64,000 nt of DNA from Verrucomicrobiota bacterium (GTDB lineage Bacteria; Verrucomicrobiota; Verrucomicrobiia; Limisphaerales; CANJSG01): assembly GCA_038209745.1 (NCBI GenBank), contig JBBQXJ010000002.1:1-64000 (forward strand), in the 5' to 3' direction. The position numbers were made by a program, and so were the translations under genes. Of the stretch, positions 1-9,713 are shown in pieces. The number at the start of each line of letters is the position of its first letter. The stretch's first letter is position 1. Below the pieces are notes generated by a model. The model made no database searches and had not been told where the DNA came from. It was given only the letters and a program-made list of their open reading frames with translations.

Positions 1-1551
1 GATGCGGTAGAAGCGCTCGGGTGTGGTGGCGTCGGGGTCGGTGATGGAGACGGAGGTGTCGCTCGAGACGGCCGGGACTTCCGCCAGGGTTTGCCACGTT
101 CCGGAGGTCAGGTTGGTGCGGTATTCGACCGTGTAGGAACGCCCGGCGATGGCGGCGAAGCCGATCGTGCCCGGCTTAGTTGCCGGGGCGGCTTTCAAGA
201 CGCTGGCGGAATCGGTGGGGCTGGTGCCGGCGATGAATTCCTGGGCCGCGTTCAATCCGTCGTGGTCGGTGTCGCTGGCCGCGTCGGCGGCGCTGTTGAA
301 GTCGAGGCCGTGCTCCATTTCCCAAGGATCGGGCAGGCCGTCCAGGTCGGTGTCGACCAGAAAGGATCCGACGGCTCCGAGGGCGCCCATTGTGGTGGAG
401 TTGGTGCCGGTGCCGATGGCCGGGGAACCTGCGACGAGACGGTAGTCGTGCAGGGCCGCGTTCCGGAACAAAGGGTCGGCGTCGAGGTTGCCGGTGCCGG
501 TGTGGCCGCCGGTGATGTCGCTATGGTGGGCGTCGATGGTGGAGCCGTTGAGAAGCTCCACGGCGTTGGTGTTGTTCCAGATGATGTTGTTCCAGGCCGT
601 CGCGCTGCCGGGGCCCTGGCCGGCGGACTTCTCGTAGAGGCGGACTCCGAAGGCGGACTCGACGATGGTGTTGCCGACGAGGGTCGCGTCGGACGAGTCC
701 TTGATGGCGACGCCGATTTCCACGTCGTAGATGAGGCAGCTGCGGACGACGATGTTGGACGACTGTTCGCCGATGGAGACGCCCTTGTCGGAGGCGAAGT
801 CGTGCATGACGCAGTTCTCCACGGTGACGCCGCGGGACTGGCTGCCGAGATCGACGGCATCGACGTTGGACTGGTTGCCCTGGCGAAAGGTGCAGCGGCG
901 AATGACGGAGCCCGGTGACGCGGTATCGAAGTCGATTCCGTCGCCGCTGACCTCCTCGAACAGGTTGTCCTCGATGGTGATCACCCCGAGACGGAAGAGC
1001 GCTTCGTAGTAGTTCCGGACGTGGCAGGCGCGGACGACGATGGAGGACGCGCGTTCGCTGATGATGATGGGCTGGTTGTAGAGCGTGGGGCCGGAGGCGA
1101 CGTGGTAGTCGTGCAGGTAGCTGTCCTCGATCAATCCGCTGGCGCCGCCGAGGACGGCGACCTGTCCGTGCTGGGTGTCGGCGTGGCGCAGAATCAGGGA
1201 GGCACCGGGGCCGTCGGCGCCGAGGCGGGTCCAGTTCGCGTCGCCATCAAGGGAGCGGAAGAGCACCGGGCTGGCTTTGGTTCCCGCCACGTCGATGGTT
1301 CCGCCGGCGTTGGCGAGGATCGAGGCTCCGGCCGCGATCTTGATCTCGGTGCCGGCTTCAACGGTCAGGGTAAGATTCGTGGGAACGGTGACCGAGCCCG
1401 TGACCACGTAGGTGCTGTTGGCGACGGTCCACGTGGTGTCGGCGAGGATGCTTCCGGAGACGTCGGTGGCCCGGGCAGAGGCAGTTCCCAAGACGCTGGC
1501 GGCAAAAACGAAGGTTGAGGCGAGGCTCCGAAGCGTATGGGAAATTTTCAT
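1..1551 (-). CDS. Secreted right-handed beta-helix repeat protein with Ca-binding-like repeats and C-terminal module; 3' end runs off the window
   Basis: Not in ORF track (no stop in window). Hand translation from ATG 1551: MKISHTLRSLASTFVFAASVLGTASARATDVSGSILADTTW... signal peptide; repeats DGIDFD, DAVDLG, DKGVSIGE, GVAIKD; DPLF..DYRL..GSPAI; ends DTDLDGLPDPWE...RFYRI at base 1. Confidence 0.8.
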   Translation of the reverse strand, partial: MKISHTLRSLASTFVFAASVLGTASARATDVSGSILADTTWTVANSTYVVTGSVTVPTNLTLTVEAGTEIKIAAGASILANAGGTIDVAGTKASPVLFRSLDGDANWTRLGADGPGASLILRHADTQHGQVAVLGGASGLIEDSYLHDYHVASGPTLYNQPIIISERASSIVVRACHVRNYYEALFRLGVITIEDNLFEEVSGDGIDFDTASPGSVIRRCTFRQGNQSNVDAVDLGSQSRGVTVENCVMHDFASDKGVSIGEQSSNIVVRSCLIYDVEIGVAIKDSSDATLVGNTIVESAFGVRLYEKSAGQGPGSATAWNNIIWNNTNAVELLNGSTIDAHHSDITGGHTGTGNLDADPLFRNAALHDYRLVAGSPAIGTGTNSTTMGALGAVGSFLVDTDLDGLPDPWEMEHGLDFNSAADAASDTDHDGLNAAQEFIAGTSPTDSASVLKAAPATKPGTIGFAAIAGRSYTVEYRTNLTSGTWQTLAEVPAVSSDTSVSITDPDATTPERFYRI

Positions 1552-1565
1552 AAGAAAGACTGCGA

Positions 1566-4500
1566 TCAAGGGTCGACCGGGGCCGGGGTGACGAGGCGGT
1601 AGAAACGGCCCGCGGGGTTGGGCGCATGGTCCACGAGGGTGACCGTGGCGCTGTTGGCGGAGAGCGGGACGTCGGCGAGCTTGAACCAGGGTCCGGTCGG
1701 CGAGACATCGCTGTAGAGGACGCTGTAGCTGCGGGATCCCGGGGCGACGAACTGCAGGGTCGCGGTGCCGGGCGCGAGTCCGCTGAGGTCGACGCGGAGG
1801 TAGTCGTTGACGTTGTTCGGGTCCGTGCCGGCTTGGAACTCGCTGGCGTTGGGCACGCCGTCCTTGTCGAAGTCGCCGCCGGCGCCGTTGTCGCCGTTGG
1901 CCACGAGCGGATCCAAGCCGTGGGCGATCTCCCAGTAGTCGGGCAGTCCATCGTGGTCGGTGTCCACGTTGTTGTCCCGTCCGGCGGTGGGCGGTGCGGC
2001 GAACCAGTTGGCCGGCTCGTTGCCGAAAGCGGTGGTGGCGGCCCGTTGGAACGAGGCTCCGGGAACCAGCCCGTTCGTCGGCCAGGGAGCCGTCGGCAGA
2101 TAATGGACGTGTTCCACAAGAACGTAGGGGACAAACCCGGCATCGGGATGCGGTGCGAGCTGCGGTGGATCGGGCCGCAGCAGCCGGAGGTCTTCCCCCG
2201 AGTTCGACAGGGCGCCGGTGAACGGACCCCAGACCGGGACATCGTTGGAAACCGAGAACGCATTCCTGAACCAGGCGAGTTCATTGGGGGCGGCGACCGG
2301 ATCGAAATGCACGATCAACGCACGTCCGCCCATCGACAGACTGAGTCCGGGGCCAAACGTGAAGGTCACGCCGCCATCGATCTTCCAGAGGTTCGTCGTG
2401 GCGGCTGGATCGAAGAGAGGGACGGATTCCGCGGCAACATTCTGAAGCTCGATGAATTCGCCGGCGTTCGTGTCTCCGGCGTAGCTGTTGGTCGGGTGGT
2501 AGTGGATCTCGGTGATCGCGATGGGACCGACGAGCGGCAAGGCGTTCTTGAGGCCGGTGCCGGTGCGGAATTCCGCGACCGTCGCCGGGGTGTCCTGGCC
2601 AAGGGTGCGGCGGCTCTGCGCGACGAACTCTTCGCCCACGCTGGTCCGATGGAGACCGAACGAAACGCCGTTGGCGGCGGCGCCGAAGGGGGCACTGGCG
2701 CGGTAGCCGGTCAGTCCTCCGAACCCGTCGGGTTGCGACAGATGCACCTCGTCACCGTGCGCGGCGTTGAAGGTGAACGGTTCCGGCAGGTCGGCGGATC
2801 GCGGGCCGTTGAAAGAACTCTCGTAGAAGACGTGGAAGCCGCCGGGAGGAATCGTGGTGCCGGCCGGAACGCGGAACCGGCGCGGATCATTGCCGCTGTT
2901 GCTGAGGAACCAGCCGCCAAGGTCCACGGCGCCCGTTCCACGGTTCAACACCTCGACGGCGTCTTCCAAAGGCGGGTCGCTGTGGCTGAGCACTTCGTCG
3001 ATGACGAGGTCCGCGAGCGGCAGATAGTTCGGAGCTCCGGGCGAAGCGGAGGCGGGGAAGGCGACGATCCGGGTGGATCCGTCGGGGAACCGGCCTTCGG
3101 ACACATCGAGTGCCTGGGGACCGAAGGAAACGGCGTCGATCACGGTGCCGGAGGCGCGATAGATTCCGATGAATTCGCCGCTGGAGGAGAGTTTGAAGGC
3201 GACATGGTCGGCGCCGAGTTGCGGGGCGCTGTCGGCCACGAGGAGCAGGTCCGAATCCCGGCCCGCGCCGATGAAGGACAGCGGCGGAAAAGGGGACTTG
3301 GCCGGTTGGGACGGATCATCGCTCACGGCCAGGCCGGTGAGCTGGACGGGCTGGTTCGCGGTGTTGTGGAGTTCGAGCCAGTCCTCTCCGACAGACGGGT
3401 TGGCCTCCCATTCGTTGACGCGCAGAGCGTCTTCACCGGCCAGGGTGGCGGCGATGTTCGGGGCTGCGGGCGTGGGCAACGTGAGGATCCATTCGTCGGG
3501 GTTGGCGGGATTCCTGCCCAAGGAGAAGTCGGTCACCTGGAGTCCGAACGCGATCGTGTCGAGGGCGCCGCCGCCGTCGGCCGGGCGGGCGAGGAGGAGG
3601 AGGCGATCCCCATTGGCGCCAAGGGCGAAGCCGGTGTTCGTGGCGGAAGCGGGGCGTGACGAGTCGCAATCGATCACGAGAAAGCCGTTGGCCGGAATGC
3701 TGGAGCCTTGAGCGAAGACCCATCTGCGGGGCGTCGCCGGATCGTCCGTCAGGCTGAGGTCGGCGAGATCGATGGCGGCGGCGGTGCCGTTGTGGAGCTC
3801 GATCCAATCCGGGGCCAGGCCGGCGGCATTGGTGGACGAGCGGTTCGAAGCGAGGACTTCGCTGAGGGTCAACGCCGGTCGATCACAGTTCGTGACGCTC
3901 AAGGTCGCGTCGAGCGACATGCCCCAGACGATGTCGCTGCTGGCGGTGGCCTCTTGATGGACTTCGACGGCGACCACGTTGGTTCCCTGAACGAAAAGCG
4001 ATGAGGGAAGGGAGGTCGTGTCGGTGCTGGTGGCGTCGCCGCCGGGCGGCAGCGCATTGGCCAAAGTGGTGTTGTGGACCGGGCCGGCCGGCATCCGAAC
4101 GCGGGCGGCTTCGACGCCGTTGACATAGATGACGGCCCCGTCGTCGATGCGAGCGCCGGCGACGAAGGCGTAGCCGGACAGGTCGTTGGTCAGGACGAAC
4201 GCCGTGCGAAAATAGTAGGTGTGGCCGATCGAAAGACCGTTCGGCGGCGTGCGCGGATCGGTGAGCGGGGTTCCGATGAGCGGTGCGATCCAGGAGCCGG
4301 ATTCAAACGCCAGGAGGCCGGGACCCGCGGGCCAAGCCCCGTCCGCGAAGGAGCTGGAGAACCATGTCTGGCCGTCGAGATTCTGGGTCTGGTTGTAGCG
4401 CCATGAGCTTCCCAGTCCGAGAAGGTTCACGGTGGTGGTGGAGACCGAGCAGGCGGGGAACGAAGCGGGATTGGCGCCGCCCAGGGTGGGATGAAGAAAA

Positions 4501-7500
4501 CTGCCGATGGCATCGCCCCCGTCGGGAGCCCGGCCCTCGGACACGTCGGAACGTTGCGGGCCGTAGGCGACGAGATCGATGATCTCCAGCCGGGTGTCCA
4601 GCAACGCGATCAGACCCTGGTCGGCGGAGAGTTTGAACCCGAGATGCGCCGGGCCTTTCTGCGGGTTGGCGTCGGCGGCGAAGGAGAGGTGGCCGCGGGG
4701 CGCGATGAACGTGAGGGGGGCGATGCGGTGCTGTGTCTTGTTGCCAACGGGATTGCCGGTGAGGAAGAGCCCGGCCAAGGCCACGGGAAGATCCCCGGGA
4801 TTGTAGAGTTCCAGTTCATCCGACTGCCCGGAGGTCGACTCGGCGGCGAGCCATTCGTTGATCTTCAAAGCGCGGGTGGAGCCGAGAGTCTGGGGAAGGT
4901 TTGCGGCGCCGAGGGTCGGCGCGGACAGAACGAAGGCGCCTCCCGCCATCCGGCTGATGGAAAGGTCGGGCAGCTGCGGACCGAATTCCACGGAGTCGAG
5001 CAGCGCGCCGCCGCGATCGACGCGGTCGAAAAGGAAGACTCCTTCGCCGCTTTGGCTGAGGGAAAAACCGGTGTGCAGGCCCGGGGTGCCGTCCGCCTTG
5101 CTCGCGAAGACCACGAGTCGTCCGCCCGCGGCGAGGGTCGTGGGTGCCGGAAGGGTGAACTTGTCCGGAGCGGTTGCGTCGTCCGTCAGTCGAAGACCGG
5201 AGAGATCCACCGTGGCGGGGCCTTCGTTGAGGAGTTCGATGGCGTCGGGAAAGGTTCCGGCGTGGTCGAAAGCGGCGGTGTTGTGGGCCAGGACCTCGTC
5301 GATCCGGACGGAAGGCCACGCGCGGTCGACGATCCAAGCACTGGAAGCGGTCGCATTGGTCTCTGCTTGCCAGACTCCATTGGTCCCGAGGGCGACGACG
5401 AAAACCGTGTTGGTGCCGCCGTTGGGCAGGTTCGAGAGCGAGATCGGGGTCGCGGCCGGCGTCTGTGGTCCGAAGGGCCCGCCGTTCAACTGATAGCGAT
5501 AGGCGGCGACTCCGTCCGTGGCGACGAAGAGAGTGGCGTCATTGCGCGGGGTGCGGGCCCTCGGTTCACCGGTGACGACGGCGATCGGCGGCGTGGCGTC
5601 GGCGGGCACCTTTCCGGAGATGAGCGTCGTCACGTAGGCCCGCCGGGCGTCCATGAAGGACTTGATCTCAACGCGGACATTGGCGGGAACGAAGGATTCC
5701 AGCGACTGGTCGACCGTCACGTCGAACTGCGCCTTTGAGAAGGTCGTGTTCAGCAGGCGCTGAAGCGTCCGGTAGTAGAGGGGCTCAAAATCCGGCGAGT
5801 GAAGGAACCGATCAAAGGCGGGCATCACCGTCGAGCCAAAGATGGACGCGGTGGCCGTGCCTCCGACATCCCCGAGGTTCAGAATGGTGTCGAGGTCGAA
5901 ATACATCAGCTGGACGCGGGGGTCGGTCCGGCCGGCATAGAGGAAATAGTCGTCGTTGTAGCCCGTGTTGATCGAGGTCTCGCGATTGTCGACGAGCGCC
6001 ATGACCGCGAGGTAGTCGAGCCATTGAGCGGCGTCGATCACGCCCCGGACATTGGCGGTGGTGAAAAGGTCGTTGGTGCCGAAGACCCGGAGCAAGGCCT
6101 TGAGATCGGTCCAGTCGTTCTCGCTGACGTTGGACTGCTTGAACCACGTGTTGGTGTAGGCGGTGTCGTTCGGGCCGCGGTAGTTGAAATCGACGGGCGA
6201 GAGGTCGCGGATGCCGCGATAGACGTTGCCGTTCGAGTCGTCGGGAAACCAATGAGCGGCCCAGTCGCCGCCGATCACTTCGTTTGCGGCATAGACGCCG
6301 CCGTAGGTCTGGGGGCCGTTGTTGGAGGGATCGACGGAGTTCAACCGGACGCGGACAGGTCGTGAGTCGGCCCCGCCGACTCCGGACCTGAGCGAGAGCG
6401 CGGCGCCGAGGATCTGGGCATGGCTGTATTGGCCGTTGAGATTGAGAGCGCGGGCGCCTTTCCAGGTTCGATCCGAATTGAAAGCGACCCGGTAATTATT
6501 CGGCAAGCGGTCGCGGCTGCCGTGGCCGCGGTTGCGGAAACCGACGGTGTAGCGGACCTCGGTGCCGGTGCCGTCGAGGCTGACGAAGGCGCCGTTGAAC
6601 TCGGCGTCCGAGTCTCGTCCAGAGCTTCCGGGTGCGCCGATGGATGCGAGTTCCAGACGGTCCGTCTCCTTCATCACGAGGCGATAGAGCGGCGGGATGG
6701 CCGCCGCCGCCGAGTCCTGGACCAAGTAGAGGGCGTTGGCCACTTGCCCTAGCGGCGTTCCGTCGGTGTCTTCCGCCGGCGCGGGCCAGGCACGGACATG
6801 CCCGTTCGTGCCGGTCGCGGTGACATAGAATTCGACCACGACGCGATTGGTCTGGGCCGGGATAAAGGCGCCGAACAGGCCGTCGCCCGGAGCTCCGTCG
6901 TCGTGTCGGCCATCGTCGGCCATCGCTTCGGAAGTGAAGGGGCCGGTGTCGCCATCGAGCCGCCATGACAGCTGGGCCGTCGATCCAGCGCCGGCATCAT
7001 CGATGAGGCGGGCGGTGACATGCACGGCTTCGGTGGACCGGGGCACCGCGGGCAGGTGCCGGACATCGGCGATGATCGGGGCGATGTCGGAGGCGGCCAC
7101 GGAGTTGGCGGTGCCGGGAGTGCCGTTGTCAACGAGGCTCGCGGCCCAGTTTTGGCCCTGGTCGGAAGGAAGCGCCGAGGTGATCCGTTCCAGTGTTCGG
7201 CCGCCTCCATCCGGCGGGGCGAACCACATCCAGCCACGGTGGCCGTGGTCCGAGGGGCCGCGTCGGCGCACGGCCCAGTCGCCTTCGTCGGCGAACGGCA
7301 CCTCGTCGATCCGGGCGCCCGACGCGTCGTCGAGCGCGATCGTTTCTCGGCTGTTGCTCAAGGTGCCCGTCCAGCCACCGACGACGTTGGTCACCGTGGG
7401 ATGAAGACGGGTGAACGTGGTCGGGTCGGCGGCCGCAACAACGTAGGCACCGGCCGGGAGGACGAGGGAAGGGAAGTTGAACGCGACGCCCTTGCTGATC

Positions 7501-7745
7501 CGCCAGCCGGTCAGATCGACCGGAGTCGGCCCCGCATTGTGCAGTTCGATGAACTCCTCCAGCACGTTTTCCGACCGCGGATGGTAGTGGATCTCGTTGA
7601 TCCGTACCTGGGCCTGGGTAGAGATCGCCAGCAGACCGACCACGGAGAGCAGGGTCTGGCGCAGGCGAGAGAACGGGACTCGGTGCGTGAAGTTTGGAGG
7701 GACCGGGGTAAGCCCGGTGTAAGAATGGATCAACGACAAGATCAT
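1566..7745 (-). CDS. Lamin tail domain (about 7 copies) / CotH kinase family secreted protein, 2059 aa
   Basis: Repeated INE/IDE...E(F/W)IEL.N...VDL.G..L motifs; CotH-like GFRNRGHGS, NDDYFLY, YFDLD; jelly-roll segment YYFR...DDGAVIYVNG; C-terminal DTDHDGLPDYWE. Confidence 0.85.
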   Translation of the reverse strand: MILSLIHSYTGLTPVPPNFTHRVPFSRLRQTLLSVVGLLAISTQAQVRINEIHYHPRSENVLEEFIELHNAGPTPVDLTGWRISKGVAFNFPSLVLPAGAYVVAAADPTTFTRLHPTVTNVVGGWTGTLSNSRETIALDDASGARIDEVPFADEGDWAVRRRGPSDHGHRGWMWFAPPDGGGRTLERITSALPSDQGQNWAASLVDNGTPGTANSVAASDIAPIIADVRHLPAVPRSTEAVHVTARLIDDAGAGSTAQLSWRLDGDTGPFTSEAMADDGRHDDGAPGDGLFGAFIPAQTNRVVVEFYVTATGTNGHVRAWPAPAEDTDGTPLGQVANALYLVQDSAAAAIPPLYRLVMKETDRLELASIGAPGSSGRDSDAEFNGAFVSLDGTGTEVRYTVGFRNRGHGSRDRLPNNYRVAFNSDRTWKGARALNLNGQYSHAQILGAALSLRSGVGGADSRPVRVRLNSVDPSNNGPQTYGGVYAANEVIGGDWAAHWFPDDSNGNVYRGIRDLSPVDFNYRGPNDTAYTNTWFKQSNVSENDWTDLKALLRVFGTNDLFTTANVRGVIDAAQWLDYLAVMALVDNRETSINTGYNDDYFLYAGRTDPRVQLMYFDLDTILNLGDVGGTATASIFGSTVMPAFDRFLHSPDFEPLYYRTLQRLLNTTFSKAQFDVTVDQSLESFVPANVRVEIKSFMDARRAYVTTLISGKVPADATPPIAVVTGEPRARTPRNDATLFVATDGVAAYRYQLNGGPFGPQTPAATPISLSNLPNGGTNTVFVVALGTNGVWQAETNATASSAWIVDRAWPSVRIDEVLAHNTAAFDHAGTFPDAIELLNEGPATVDLSGLRLTDDATAPDKFTLPAPTTLAAGGRLVVFASKADGTPGLHTGFSLSQSGEGVFLFDRVDRGGALLDSVEFGPQLPDLSISRMAGGAFVLSAPTLGAANLPQTLGSTRALKINEWLAAESTSGQSDELELYNPGDLPVALAGLFLTGNPVGNKTQHRIAPLTFIAPRGHLSFAADANPQKGPAHLGFKLSADQGLIALLDTRLEIIDLVAYGPQRSDVSEGRAPDGGDAIGSFLHPTLGGANPASFPACSVSTTTVNLLGLGSSWRYNQTQNLDGQTWFSSSFADGAWPAGPGLLAFESGSWIAPLIGTPLTDPRTPPNGLSIGHTYYFRTAFVLTNDLSGYAFVAGARIDDGAVIYVNGVEAARVRMPAGPVHNTTLANALPPGGDATSTDTTSLPSSLFVQGTNVVAVEVHQEATASSDIVWGMSLDATLSVTNCDRPALTLSEVLASNRSSTNAAGLAPDWIELHNGTAAAIDLADLSLTDDPATPRRWVFAQGSSIPANGFLVIDCDSSRPASATNTGFALGANGDRLLLLARPADGGGALDTIAFGLQVTDFSLGRNPANPDEWILTLPTPAAPNIAATLAGEDALRVNEWEANPSVGEDWLELHNTANQPVQLTGLAVSDDPSQPAKSPFPPLSFIGAGRDSDLLLVADSAPQLGADHVAFKLSSSGEFIGIYRASGTVIDAVSFGPQALDVSEGRFPDGSTRIVAFPASASPGAPNYLPLADLVIDEVLSHSDPPLEDAVEVLNRGTGAVDLGGWFLSNSGNDPRRFRVPAGTTIPPGGFHVFYESSFNGPRSADLPEPFTFNAAHGDEVHLSQPDGFGGLTGYRASAPFGAAANGVSFGLHRTSVGEEFVAQSRRTLGQDTPATVAEFRTGTGLKNALPLVGPIAITEIHYHPTNSYAGDTNAGEFIELQNVAAESVPLFDPAATTNLWKIDGGVTFTFGPGLSLSMGGRALIVHFDPVAAPNELAWFRNAFSVSNDVPVWGPFTGALSNSGEDLRLLRPDPPQLAPHPDAGFVPYVLVEHVHYLPTAPWPTNGLVPGASFQRAATTAFGNEPANWFAAPPTAGRDNNVDTDHDGLPDYWEIAHGLDPLVANGDNGAGGDFDKDGVPNASEFQAGTDPNNVNDYLRVDLSGLAPGTATLQFVAPGSRSYSVLYSDVSPTGPWFKLADVPLSANSATVTLVDHAPNPAGRFYRLVTPAPVDP

Positions 7746-7965
7746 TGCGGCAGCCCTGGTCCGAGTCCTGGGGTCCCGAGCCGGAATGACGGTCGCGGCC
7801 GGACCAGAAGTCTAATCTAGGAATCTGTCAAAATCATGAAGGGCAACTTCAAAGTCTCCAATTAAGTTTTTCTCATTAATGGGATGCTGTTGGGTTCGTG
7901 GTCCAATGGATGGAACAAAAATGGTCCGAACTTGGACGTCCGGGAGGCCGTTCCGGATTTTCCGT

Positions 7966-9024
7966 TCAGCGCGTCAGGCGGAACAGGATCCCCAATATGC
8001 CTTGCCGGGCGGAGAGGAAACGGGCGAGCGGCTCCTGGACCGCGGAGACGAACAGCCCGCGCTGAAGCCAGCGCGCCACCCGCAGCCGGCCCGAGAAGGC
8101 GCCCTCCAGTCCTGTCGCGACGATTGTCTCGGCTTCCTCCCAGGCGAGAATTCCGCGGGACCATTGCAGCAGGACCTTGCCGGCCAGTTGAGCGGACTCG
8201 AAGGCCATGGACATGCCGTTTCCAGTGACCGGCGGGATCATGGCGACCGCGTCGCCGATGCGGAGCCCGAACGCGCTGAACTCGGGAACCGACGTGAGGT
8301 CGAGCCCGGCAACGGCGGACATGGATGCGTCGTCGAAAGTCGCGCCGGCCAACCGGGCGTGGAGCGGGGTGCCGGCCGGTCCGCAGAGCCGTTCGCGCCA
8401 ATTGCGGGCGTCGGGCTCTTCGGGACGGCTGCGGAAAAGGCCGGAGACGTTCACCCGGTCGTCGGCGAGACGACAGAGGCCGACGTAGCCGTTCTTGCCG
8501 AGATGCATTTCCAGGTCCGCATCCAGACGCAGGCCGACCGCGTGGGCTTTCAGTCCGAACCAGCGCCAACCTTCCAACGTGGCGGTGGCGCGACGCCCGC
8601 AAGCGGAGACCAAACCGGCGGAAGCGGGATCGCCCTGCCATCGTTGACCGGCGCGGAGCTCTCCGCCGAGCGCGGTGAATTCCCCGACGAGCAGCGAATC
8701 CATTGAATGGCGCGACAGGCACAGAGCCGATTCGGGAAGCCTGACGGGTGCGCCCGAGCGGCGCGTGGAATGGAAGGACGCGGTGGTGGCGATTCTGGCG
8801 CCGTGTTCCAGAAAGAGGTCCTCGAGCCCGAGCGATCGGAGCACGTGCCGACCCCGGCCACTGACAAACTCGCCGCAGACCCGATGGCGCGGATAGCGGC
8901 CGGCCTCCCACAAAGTGACCGGAACGCCTTCGCGGCGGAGGATGATTCCCAGGGTGAGCCCGCCCAGGCCGCCGCCGACGATGGTCACGCGTTCAAGCCG
9001 CTTCTCTGGAACGCCGAGTTTCAT
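7966..9024 (-). CDS. FAD-dependent oxidoreductase/monooxygenase
   Basis: IVGGGLGG Rossmann motif, RVCGEF, IGDA...PPVTGNGMSMA; ATGA overlap with upstream methyltransferase. Confidence 0.85.
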   Translation of the reverse strand: MKLGVPEKRLERVTIVGGGLGGLTLGIILRREGVPVTLWEAGRYPRHRVCGEFVSGRGRHVLRSLGLEDLFLEHGARIATTASFHSTRRSGAPVRLPESALCLSRHSMDSLLVGEFTALGGELRAGQRWQGDPASAGLVSACGRRATATLEGWRWFGLKAHAVGLRLDADLEMHLGKNGYVGLCRLADDRVNVSGLFRSRPEEPDARNWRERLCGPAGTPLHARLAGATFDDASMSAVAGLDLTSVPEFSAFGLRIGDAVAMIPPVTGNGMSMAFESAQLAGKVLLQWSRGILAWEEAETIVATGLEGAFSGRLRVARWLQRGLFVSAVQEPLARFLSARQGILGILFRLTR

Positions 9025-9713
9025 CGTTCGATGCGGCGGGCGACGAAGCAGTGGCTGAACAATCCGATGGAACGCTCGTCCAGCTTCCAGTTCTGCGGGT
9101 CCGGCCAGAGTCGGGAAAGCTCAGGCCCGCTGAAGCCCGCCCGAACGCTGATGGCCGCGTCGTTCAGGGTGACATCGTTGCATCCAAGCAGGCGCAGCAT
9201 CCGACAGCCGAAAAGAGGCCACCCACCACGGTGTGGATCCAACGCGACGAAGCAGTCGGTTCGGGTCGCGGCACCGCGCAAGAGCCTTCGCAGCGCGGGT
9301 TCCTCGAAGTGGTGGAGGAACAGGTTCGAGATGATCGCGTCGACTGGAGCCTTGGGTCCCTCCATCCAGGCGAAGACGTCGGCGGTGACGGTCTCGGGGG
9401 TCCAACCGAGCGGCTCGAAGGCCTGGGCCGTGGCCGGGGTCACGACCGGGTGTTGATCGAGCAAGGTAAGCCGTCCTTTTCCGGCCGGACGGGGCAGCCG
9501 ACGAACAATGTCCAGCACCAGAGTCCCGTCGCCACAGCCGAGTTCGACGATGCTGCGGGGATGCGAATGCTGGGCGACGAGGCGGGCGATCAGACCGGAA
9601 CTGCTCATCCACCAGTTGATGCGGCGCAGATCGCGGCGCGAATGGATGGCTTCCGGATGCTCCGCAGGGAGGGAGTCGAGCTGTTCGGGATGGACCTGCC
9701 TCACCATGGTCAT
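9021..9713 (-). CDS. Class I SAM-dependent methyltransferase
   Basis: VELGCGDG motif I, NLFLHHF; start set at ATG 9713 overlapping the PKS stop (ATGA). Confidence 0.85.
   Translation of the reverse strand: MTMVRQVHPEQLDSLPAEHPEAIHSRRDLRRINWWMSSSGLIARLVAQHSHPRSIVELGCGDGTLVLDIVRRLPRPAGKGRLTLLDQHPVVTPATAQAFEPLGWTPETVTADVFAWMEGPKAPVDAIISNLFLHHFEEPALRRLLRGAATRTDCFVALDPHRGGWPLFGCRMLRLLGCNDVTLNDAAISVRAGFSGPELSRLWPDPQNWKLDERSIGLFSHCFVARRIER

Noticed and set aside
1626..3659. Long antisense ORFs (also 10947-13388, 30719-32404, 55160-57004)
   Set aside because: Shadow frames of high-GC genes, with no motifs, opposite well-supported CDSs
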